From the NCBI GenBank assembly GCA_043764555.1, contig JAYUKJ010000441.1, forward strand, positions 1 to 51,747: DNA of 51,747 nt. The letters run 5' to 3'. The notes beneath the pieces were generated by a model, which was given only the letters and a program-made list of their open reading frames with translations, ran no database searches and was not told the origin of the DNA. How positions within the stretch are numbered: position 1 is the stretch's first letter; each line of letters starts with the position of its first letter. The position numbers and the translations under genes are program-made. The stretch is from Saprospiraceae bacterium (GTDB lineage: Bacteria > Bacteroidota > Bacteroidia > Chitinophagales > Saprospiraceae). Shown here piece by piece: positions 35,100 through 43,201 of the stretch.

Positions 35100-35717
35100 T
35101 TAATTTTTTAAATTTGATTCGGTATTTTTCTGCAAATCTAACAAAAAATCCAACAATTTGACCGTCGCTTTTCCTCGGTGTGAAACACGTCCTTTTGTCG
35201 TATTGTTCATTTCTGCGAAGGTTATTCTAAAACCTTTTGGTTGAAAAATTGGGTCGTAACCGAACCCCTCAGTACCAGAAGGTTTTACGCGAATTGTGCC
35301 TTCGCAAATCCCTTCAAAAAGGTGTTGTTTGCCGTCCAAAATCAAACAAATAATGGTGCGAAAACGGGCAGTTCTAACTTTAGAATCACTCATGTTTTTC
35401 AAAACAAAAGCAATATTCGCCAGTGGGTCGCGCGAACCTGAATAATGCGCAGTGTGAACACCCGGCTTGCCATCAAGTGCGTCAATTTCCAAGCCTGTAT
35501 CTTCCGAAAAACACGATTTACCGTAGGTTTTGTAGAGAAATTCGGCTTTTTCAATCGCATTCTCGACGATTGTTTCGTGCGTTTCTGGCAAATCGGTCGT
35601 GTGATTGACGGCGTCGCGCATCGTCGAAACTTGGATGTTGCCAAGGTTAGAATGTTTCAATACTTCGTTGATTTCGAGGACTTTGTGCGGATTGTTAGTT
35701 GCGAGTATGAGTTGCAT
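35100..35717 (-). CDS. rdgB: Non-canonical purine NTP pyrophosphatase (RdgB/HAM1 family)
   Basis: LATNNPHKVLE, ETG.T..ENA, GFGYDPIF, SHRG motifs. Confidence 0.92.
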   Translation of the reverse strand: MQLILATNNPHKVLEINEVLKHSNLGNIQVSTMRDAVNHTTDLPETHETIVENAIEKAEFLYKTYGKSCFSEDTGLEIDALDGKPGVHTAHYSGSRDPLANIAFVLKNMSDSKVRTARFRTIICLILDGKQHLFEGICEGTIRVKPSGTEGFGYDPIFQPKGFRITFAEMNNTTKGRVSHRGKATVKLLDFLLDLQKNTESNLKN

Positions 35718-35785
35718 TTTTTAATGGAGAATGATGAGTTTTGAATGTTAAATTTTATGAATTTATCATATCGCCAAACCATCTG

Positions 35786-36463
35786 TTAGAGAAATTTTGA
35801 AAGAAGATTTTTGAGCGTTGCTTTATTAATTTCAGCATCAAAAATAGCCGCAACGGGAATTTTAAAGCCCGTCATAACGATGCTTTCGATGTAGTCGCCA
35901 ACGCTTACTTTTTTCAGTAATTCATATTCGGCGCTGTTTTTTTCTGTTAAAATATATTGTTCAACTGTTTGCTTTCGCGGGTCAACAATCCAATATTCTT
36001 TGACGCCATGTGCGGCATAATCGCGGAATTTGACGCCTTTATCCCGACTTGCTGTTCCCTTTGACAATACTTCGCAAATCCAATCGGGCGCAGGATAATG
36101 CGTTTGCTCCAATTCAAAAGTGTCGGCAATTTCCTTACGCCAAAACGCCACATCGGGTTCGTAATCGTTGCGGGTTAGGCTCACCATTGCTTTCTTACTT
36201 TTGACTTTTCCTGTTCCTTCAAAATTGGTTTGATACATCGAAAGCCCGTGCAAATGCCCCACAGCATCCGTGTGTTCATCGGCGGCGGGTGAATTTTCGA
36301 TGATAACGCCATTGATAAATTCAACTTTCTGGTCGGCTTCCGCCCATTCGTAAAACGCCAAACGACGGCGGTGTTCGTCGTTTAGTGATGTTTGCAATTC
36401 GCCGATAAGTTGTTGTAAATCAGACAGTTGCAAGAGCTCTTCCTTAATCGCTATATTCGACAT
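35786..36463 (-). CDS. Uma2-family (DUF820) PD-(D/E)XK endonuclease
   Basis: EFINGVII..SPA...H, EPDVAFW, PDWICEVLSKGT...D...K...Y...GVKEYWIVDP. Start trimmed to MSNIAIKEE (ATG at 36463). Confidence 0.8.
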   Translation of the reverse strand: MSNIAIKEELLQLSDLQQLIGELQTSLNDEHRRRLAFYEWAEADQKVEFINGVIIENSPAADEHTDAVGHLHGLSMYQTNFEGTGKVKSKKAMVSLTRNDYEPDVAFWRKEIADTFELEQTHYPAPDWICEVLSKGTASRDKGVKFRDYAAHGVKEYWIVDPRKQTVEQYILTEKNSAEYELLKKVSVGDYIESIVMTGFKIPVAAIFDAEINKATLKNLLSKFL

Positions 36464-36540
36464 TTGACTTAAATTTATGACAAAGTTAAGACTATTTTTG
36501 AAACAATAAAACAAAACAAAAAGTTTTTTATTGGAAAATA

Positions 36541-36557
36541 GGACCCCTCAGTATAAA
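36541..36557 (+). repeat. Dispersed motif, exact 17-mer
   Basis: GGACCCCTCAGTATAAA followed by a hairpin. Confidence 0.9.
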
Positions 36558-36561
36558 ACGC

Positions 36562-36598
36562 AAAAAAGCCGTTTCGACCCGCTCGAAGCGGCTTTTTT
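36562..36598. terminator. Terminator-like hairpin
   Basis: GCCGTTTCGA / TCGAAGCGGC stem with A6/T6 flanks. Confidence 0.55.
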
Positions 36599-36602
36599 CA
36601 TG

Positions 36603-36692
36603 AAGGTAGCCACGGTGCTTGCGCCGTAGGCATTTTTTTAACACAATTTTATCCGACTTTTCTGCCTACGGAGCAAGCTCCGTGGCTACCTT
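36603..36692. promoter_or_regulatory. 30-bp inverted repeat with 30-nt AT-rich spacer, 25 nt upstream of the exonuclease start
   Basis: AAGGTAGCCACGGTGCTTGCGCCGTAGGCA (36603-36632) against TGCCTACGGAGCAAGCTCCGTGGCTACCTT (36663-36692). 28 of 30 positions are complementary. Confidence 0.7.
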
Positions 36693-36716
36693 TACGGCGA
36701 ACAATAAATTAAAATT

Positions 36717-37529
36717 ATGGCAACAGAACTCAATTTAACCCGCGACCTCGTGTTTTTCGACGTCGAAACGACGGGATTAAACGTCCTCCGCGACCGAATC
36801 CTACAAATTGCACTCATCAAATATCCAAAAGGCGGTGGCGAACCGATTGAGCTGTCGATGCTCATCAATCCGAGTATGCCGATTGCACCCGATGCGATGG
36901 CGATTCACGGGATTACGCCGAAGGATTTGGCAAATAAACCGACTTTCGCGCAAGTCGGACAGCAAATATTCGATTTTATTGGCAATGCTGATTTGGGTGG
37001 CTACAACGCTGCTCGGTTCGATATTCCGATGTTGATGGAAGAATTTGCGCGCGTCGGCTTAGAACTCGACGTGACAAATCGCCGAATTATTGATGCCCAA
37101 CGCATTTTTTACAAAATGGAACCGCGCACTTTGAAGGCGGCTTTGCGGTTTTATTGCCAAAAAGATTTGGAAGATGCCCACGATGCATTGGCAGATGTGC
37201 GCGCAACGGTCGAAGTTTTTAAAGGACAATTGGCGCATTACGAAGGAAAAGATTTGTACCAAGAAGAAGGAAAAGTCATCGAAACGCCTATCAAAAACGA
37301 TATGCAAGTGATTCACGATTTTACGAATGATTTGAACACCGTTGACGTGACAAATCGCTTAAAATATGACCACAAAGGCGGCATTGTCTTCAATTTCGGC
37401 AAATATTCAGGTCAATTGGTCTCCGAAGTTTTGCAAAAAGACAAGCAATATTACCATTGGATTCAGGAAAAAGAGTTCTCGGCTCAGGTAAAGCAGATTG
37501 TGAAACGGATTATGAAGGAGATAAAATAA
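36717..37529 (+). CDS. DEDDh 3'-5' exonuclease (DnaQ / Pol III epsilon-like) with C-terminal extension
   Basis: ExoI FFDVETTGL, ExoII IHGI..D, ExoIII HDALADV. Confidence 0.85.
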   Translation: MATELNLTRDLVFFDVETTGLNVLRDRILQIALIKYPKGGGEPIELSMLINPSMPIAPDAMAIHGITPKDLANKPTFAQVGQQIFDFIGNADLGGYNAARFDIPMLMEEFARVGLELDVTNRRIIDAQRIFYKMEPRTLKAALRFYCQKDLEDAHDALADVRATVEVFKGQLAHYEGKDLYQEEGKVIETPIKNDMQVIHDFTNDLNTVDVTNRLKYDHKGGIVFNFGKYSGQLVSEVLQKDKQYYHWIQEKEFSAQVKQIVKRIMKEIK

Positions 37530-37539
37530 ACGTAAATCC

Positions 37540-37575
37540 AACGTCGGCGAGGTTCAAAACCTCGCCGACGTTTTT
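37540..37575 (+). terminator. Terminator; copy 2 of the AACGTCGGCGAGGTT hairpin element
   Basis: Same 15-bp stem as 14855-14887, 3-nt loop, followed by T5. Lies 11 nt after the exonuclease stop. Confidence 0.85.
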
Positions 37576-37587
37576 ACTAAAAAACAA

Positions 37588-37600
37588 GACCCCTCAGTAT
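37588..37600 (+). repeat. Dispersed motif copy
   Basis: GACCCCTCAGTAT between two hairpins. Confidence 0.85.
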
Positions 37601-37608
37601 TTGAGCAT

Positions 37609-37655
37609 AAAAACGCCGCTTTTTGCTTGTTTCGAAGCTGAAAGCGGCGTTTTTA
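37609..37655. terminator. Second hairpin (14-bp stem, 18-nt loop)
   Basis: AAAAACGCCGCTTT / AAAGCGGCGTTTTT. Confidence 0.55.
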
Positions 37656-37732
37656 TCCTTTTGTACTGCCCAAAGTTGTTGCAAAACATTTTGGACAATT
37701 CGCATACATCGGGGAGTTGTACTTAATTGTCT

Positions 37733-37912
37733 TTATTCCTTTTTTCTGTCTGAAAGCCAAGGCGTTATTGGCGTTGGCTTTGCATTCGGGTCAAGACTTT
37801 TTCTATTTTCTTTGTCCACCGTATCCGAAAAAATTAGGAAGGTTCTGCCTATTAATGTAGCAAACAGACCTACTACCACGAAAGTAAGCAATATAACGTC
37901 TAAATTTTCCAT
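37733..37912 (-). CDS. Small single-TM protein (59 aa), below the ORF-track cutoff
   Basis: MENLDVILLTFVVVGLFATLIGRTFLIFSDTVDKENRKSLDPNAKPTPITPWLSDRKKE. The ATG lies 1 nt after the stop of the upstream small ORF. Confidence 0.4.
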   Translation of the reverse strand: MENLDVILLTFVVVGLFATLIGRTFLIFSDTVDKENRKSLDPNAKPTPITPWLSDRKKE

Positions 37913-37913
37913 G

Positions 37914-38093
37914 TCAATCTATTTTTTTTGAATTAATGTACATTAATAGAATCAGCATTGTGGGCGGCCAAAGCCCGATAAAAATGGCGCGGTCATGGTC
38001 TTTCACAACGAAATAGTAATATTCTGAAATGAAGATGATGACAATTGAAGTGATGAGAATAAGTAATTCTACAATATCAAATTTTTTATACAT
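37914..38093 (-). CDS. Small two-TM protein (59 aa), below the ORF-track cutoff
   Basis: MYKKFDIVELLILITSIVIIFISEYYYFVVKDHDRAIFIGLWPPTMLILLMYINSKKID. Translationally coupled (TGAcATG) to the next small ORF. Confidence 0.4.
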   Translation of the reverse strand: MYKKFDIVELLILITSIVIIFISEYYYFVVKDHDRAIFIGLWPPTMLILLMYINSKKID

Positions 38094-38280
38094 AATTATT
38101 TTTTTAGATAAGTATGAGCGTCTTAGGACTCATAATATTTTTGAATGTATTAAATAGAGAACATAAAACATGGAAAAATAAATAAAGTTGCAAAATATTT
38201 ATTTAAGAATGCGCAAGATGAGAAATAAAAATTTTGTTTTCAGAATAAATTTTTTAGACAAGTGTTCAGTTTTTTTTACA

Positions 38281-38293
38281 AGACTCCTCAGTA
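38281..38293 (+). repeat. Dispersed motif copy, degenerate CTCC variant
   Basis: GACTCCTCAGTAG. Confidence 0.5.
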
Positions 38294-38379
38294 GTGCGCT
38301 CTTTCTAATCCATTAAAATGCCTAGCGAGGGCTTAAAAGCCGCTATGCATTAAGTTTTGCGTCTCCAAGAACTGAAGGC

Positions 38380-38468
38380 TACCCCTCAGTATTTTGGGCG
38401 TTTCAAGCGCAAAAAATTTCGCTTTTTCTTTCTTTTGGAGGAAAAAGCGGCTGGTATACTGAGGGGGT
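38380..38468. mobile_element. MITE-like element (89 bp) bounded by inverted motif copies
   Basis: TACCCCTCAGTAT ... GCGTTTCAAGCGC ... TATACTGAGGGGGT. Lies inside the spurious 38333-38599 ORF. Confidence 0.6.
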
Positions 38469-38672
38469 GCCGTCAAAAATTTTAGGACTTCTAAAAGGCG
38501 TCTGAGACTGTCGACGAGCGAAAGTAAATCGGACGCGTTCGATAAATACAAAGTATTCTTTAGGTAATTAAGAGTGTTTTTCGCAACAATCGGTGACAAT
38601 TGAGGTAAACTATCGTACGCAAAAAGCTTTAATACTGAAATTTAATTCACTAATCTACTAAATTCGTTGCAA

Positions 38673-40004
38673 ATGACACGTTCTTCAGGTCTGTTTTTCT
38701 TTTTTCTTTTTATCTGCACGCCTTTATTGGCTCAAAAAAACTACCAACCAGCTTTTATTGTTAGCAACAATGGCGATACAGTGAAAGGGTTTATTGATTA
38801 TCGTGAGTGGTACGTTAGTCCCAAACAGATTAAATTTAAGGACGTTAATGGCGGGTCAGTTAAGGACTTTACGTCACGCGACATTCGTGCTTTCAAGGTA
38901 GCCAATGAGTTATACCTATCAAAAATTATTGATATTGAATTTGACAGTACGGCAAATGCTTATCGTTGGATACCTTATGAAGGTAATGCTGTGCATAAGG
39001 ATTCTTCTGTATTTTTATTGAGTCTTGTCCAAGGAAGGGGCAGTTTGTTTCAGTTTACACATCCAACGAGGCGGGTGAGTTATTATTTGCAAAAAGAGGC
39101 GCTTAAACCGATTTTATTGGTGAATAGACCCACGTTGACTTCTATTTATTTAGACACGATTGAAGAAAAATCATTCAACAGATATGACTGGAATTGGAAT
39201 TTTACGGCGTCTGATTTAGAAAAGAGCAAGTCGGGCGTATTTGGGATTCAAATTACCTATTTATTGAATGATGTCCCGCCTAAATCGTCAGAAATAAATG
39301 ATTTGTCTTACAAATCAAAGTCTCTTTCGAGAATTGTAAATGCCTATAATGCGCATTTTAAAGGCAGTGAAATGAGTATGGTTGACGGTGCGAATCTCAA
39401 CAAAATTAAAGTTAAATTTGGCGTTAACGCCACTTACATGACTTCCAATTTGAATGCTTCGGTGGTGGGGTCTTTTTACAATGATTTGTTTGCAATGACG
39501 GGCAGTGGCTATGGAATTGGTGTAACAAGTCAATATTTATTACCGCGAACGCTTAAAAAATGGATGATTTTTAATGATTTTACCTATAATTCGTACAAAT
39601 TTAGTGGACAAGATGAAAGTGATGTCAATAATTTAACGATTTCAAAGTACAGATTTGACTTATCTAATTTTAGGATTTATACCCAAGCACGTTACAGATT
39701 AGTACAGTCGAGTAAACTCAACGTTTTTGTGAATGCGGGCATTTTTTATTCTTTTATTTTGAAGACGGATAACTATTTTGAGGTAAAATCCGCTGATTTT
39801 CCATTAAGCAATCGGAGTGGTGCCATTATTGACAAGGAGAATTTGAGCCCCGTTCGATTCGGCATTGTTGCTGGTTTTGGGGTCAATTTTGCCCACCATT
39901 TTCAATTAGAATGTCGGGTAGATAGGCAGTTAAGTATGTCTCAAGGAATTGGCACTTCTTCCTCATTGACAAATATTGGGATTATGGGCAGCTATTTTTT
40001 CTGA
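38673..40004 (+). CDS. Hypothetical outer-membrane protein (C-terminal beta-barrel-like)
   Basis: Signal peptide MTRSSGLFFFFLFICTPLLAQ, C-terminal alternating-strand region ending ..IGIMGSYFF. Confidence 0.55.
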   Translation: MTRSSGLFFFFLFICTPLLAQKNYQPAFIVSNNGDTVKGFIDYREWYVSPKQIKFKDVNGGSVKDFTSRDIRAFKVANELYLSKIIDIEFDSTANAYRWIPYEGNAVHKDSSVFLLSLVQGRGSLFQFTHPTRRVSYYLQKEALKPILLVNRPTLTSIYLDTIEEKSFNRYDWNWNFTASDLEKSKSGVFGIQITYLLNDVPPKSSEINDLSYKSKSLSRIVNAYNAHFKGSEMSMVDGANLNKIKVKFGVNATYMTSNLNASVVGSFYNDLFAMTGSGYGIGVTSQYLLPRTLKKWMIFNDFTYNSYKFSGQDESDVNNLTISKYRFDLSNFRIYTQARYRLVQSSKLNVFVNAGIFYSFILKTDNYFEVKSADFPLSNRSGAIIDKENLSPVRFGIVAGFGVNFAHHFQLECRVDRQLSMSQGIGTSSSLTNIGIMGSYFF

Positions 40005-40015
40005 TATGCTTTTTT

Positions 40016-40028
40016 ACCCCCTCAGTAT
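40016..40028 (+). repeat. Dispersed motif copy
   Basis: ACCCCCTCAGTAT, 12 nt after the stop at 40004. Confidence 0.85.
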
Positions 40029-40232
40029 TCTGCGCATTTTTACGCGTTTCCAAGCGGAAATGAGTAATTTTGTTGAGAAATAAAAGAAAGCCGTTCGCAC
40101 TGAAGGGGTGTTGTGCCAATTGTTTGAAAAACGTGCTGCAAATAAACCTTACAAACCCTATTCAGCGTACATCTGTCTTATCAATCCAAATCAGTAGTCA
40201 AATCTTTTTTGACAAAATTTCAGTCAAAAAAC

Positions 40233-40248
40233 ACCCCCCTCAGTATAA
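40233..40248 (+). repeat. Dispersed motif copy
   Basis: CACCCCCCTCAGTATAA. Confidence 0.8.
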
Positions 40249-40317
40249 TTGCTACTTTTGCCGACTTTTTTGTCAAATCAACTGACATTTTGTCACTAAA
40301 ACTCGGTTGGTACAATT

Positions 40318-40391
40318 TTAATGGACAATGGATAATATACAATGGATAATAACCCAAGACTGTCCATTATCCATTATCCATTATCCATTAA
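40318..40391. promoter_or_regulatory. Imperfect 74-bp palindrome built from AATGGATAAT / ATTATCCATT units, 35 nt upstream of groES
   Basis: TTAATGGACAATGGATAATATACAATGGATAAT-aacccaagac-TGTCCATTATCCATTATCCATTATCCATTAA. Confidence 0.6.
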
Positions 40392-40425
40392 TTTTTAGTT
40401 AACTAATAAAAAAATCTGCAACGTT

Positions 40426-40689
40426 ATGAAGCCGATAAACGACAGAGTAGTTGTAAAACCTGCTCCAGCCGAAGAGAAAACCAAAGGCGGTTTAATTATT
40501 CCAGACACAGCCAAAGAAAAACCACAACGCGGTGAAGTTATCGCCGTAGGCCCGGGTAAAGACGACAAAAAAATGAGCGTCAAAAAAGGCGACATCGTAT
40601 TGTACGGCAAATACGCAGGTCAAGAATTGTCTTACGAAGGCAACGACTACCTCATTATGCGCGAAGACGATATTCTCGTTATTCTTTAA
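40426..40689 (+). CDS. groES: Co-chaperonin GroES
   Basis: [41 protein letters not shown], full-length family match. Confidence 0.97.
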   Translation: MKPINDRVVVKPAPAEEKTKGGLIIPDTAKEKPQRGEVIAVGPGKDDKKMSVKKGDIVLYGKYAGQELSYEGNDYLIMREDDILVIL

Positions 40690-40781
40690 TTGTAGTTTAA
40701 TTGTGGCGCGACTTTAAAGTCGCGTGTGCCAATCTCCGCGGCTTAAAAGTCGCGTTACGTACTTTTTCAATCAAAAAATAA

Positions 40782-42437
<1,656 letters not shown>

Positions 42438-42457
42438 TTTACTGTTTTGTTGGTTAT

Positions 42458-42493
42458 AAAAAAAGCCGTTTCGACTTGTCGAGACGGCTTTTT
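42458..42493 (+). terminator. groESL terminator
   Basis: GCCGTTTCGA / TCGAGACGGC stem (one G-U pair) with an A-run and a T5 run. Confidence 0.85.
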
Positions 42494-42504
42494 ATGTTTT
42501 GGAA

Positions 42505-42572
42505 GGACCCCTCAGTATAAATGGGTTTTTTGCTCGTTTTTGAGTGGAAATGGGCGTTTATACTGAGGGGTC
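42505..42572 (+). mobile_element. 68-bp element bounded by inverted motif copies (left flank of the 42579-42941 gene)
   Basis: GGACCCCTCAGTATAAATGGGTTTTTTGCTCGTTTTTGAGTGGAAATGGGCGTTTATACTGAGGGGTC. Its interior is the reverse complement (a few mismatches) of the interior of 43104-43171. Confidence 0.8.
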
Positions 42573-42578
42573 TTATTT

Positions 42579-42941
42579 TTAATTTCGAGACGACAGATTC
42601 TGTTCCCTTTTTAAGAGGGCAAAATGACCCATCAAAGCAATGCGTTCATCTATCGTCAGGATCTCCATTAATAATGTCTCTAATTGTTTAGACGTCGGTG
42701 GTTTTCCACCCGTGAAAGCCATAAATTTTGCGAGTGCGACCTTTGCCAATTTTTCATCATACCATTCAATCGCTTTGTCAGCCATGCCGTTCAACAAAAC
42801 AAGCTGTTCTTCAGGTGTCAAAAAGGTCTTATAATTTTCTGCGCCGTGGATGTCTTTCAAAGCGTCAAATTTTCGGAGAACGCGCTCGCGTTCAGATTGA
42901 GCGCGTGGACTATTGTCGAGTGGGTCAGTTATTTCTGGCAT
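42579..42941 (-). CDS. Hypothetical protein (120 aa)
   Basis: Clean ORF with no recognisable domain, flanked on both sides by the 68-bp element. Confidence 0.5.
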   Translation of the reverse strand: MPEITDPLDNSPRAQSERERVLRKFDALKDIHGAENYKTFLTPEEQLVLLNGMADKAIEWYDEKLAKVALAKFMAFTGGKPPTSKQLETLLMEILTIDERIALMGHFALLKREQNLSSRN

Positions 42942-43103
42942 TTTTACGCTATTTTTTAGTAAAATAAAACATTTGATAAGTAAAGTTGAATAGCACTATA
43001 AAGCACAAATGTAAACTCTTGTGTGGTAATACAAACTTTTTAAACGCTTTTAAAAACTTGAAACCCAATTATAATCTGGAAAGGTCGAGCTTAGGGATAA
43101 ATA

Positions 43104-43171
43104 GGACCCCTCTGTATAAACGCCCTTTTTCACTCAAATCGAGCAAAAAAGGGCGTTTATACTGAGGGGTC
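43104..43171 (-). mobile_element. 68-bp element, inverted copy (right flank of the 42579-42941 gene)
   Basis: GGACCCCTCTGTATAAACGCCCTTTTTCACTCAAATCGAGCAAAAAAGGGCGTTTATACTGAGGGGTC. The interior forms the ACGCCCTTTTT / AAAAAGGGCGT hairpin. Confidence 0.8.
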
Positions 43172-43201
43172 TCTCATTTTGAAACACAATCGTTTCAACG
43201 T

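Noticed and set aside
35263-35275. Partial motif match AACCCCTCAGTAC inside rdgB
   Set aside because: Only 10 of 11 core positions match, and it encodes the family-conserved ..TEGFGYDP.. region. It may be a chance or convergent match, so it was not counted as a motif copy.
38333-38599. 88-aa ORF on the minus strand
   Set aside because: It spans an inverted motif pair (38380-38468) and intergenic-type sequence. It has no start context and no similarity to anything, so it is most likely translation of a repeat element.
40250-40425. CIRCE/HrcA operator upstream of groES
   Set aside because: No TTAGCACTC-N9-GAGTGCTAA-like inverted repeat is present. Only the ATTATCCATT palindrome, reported separately, was found.
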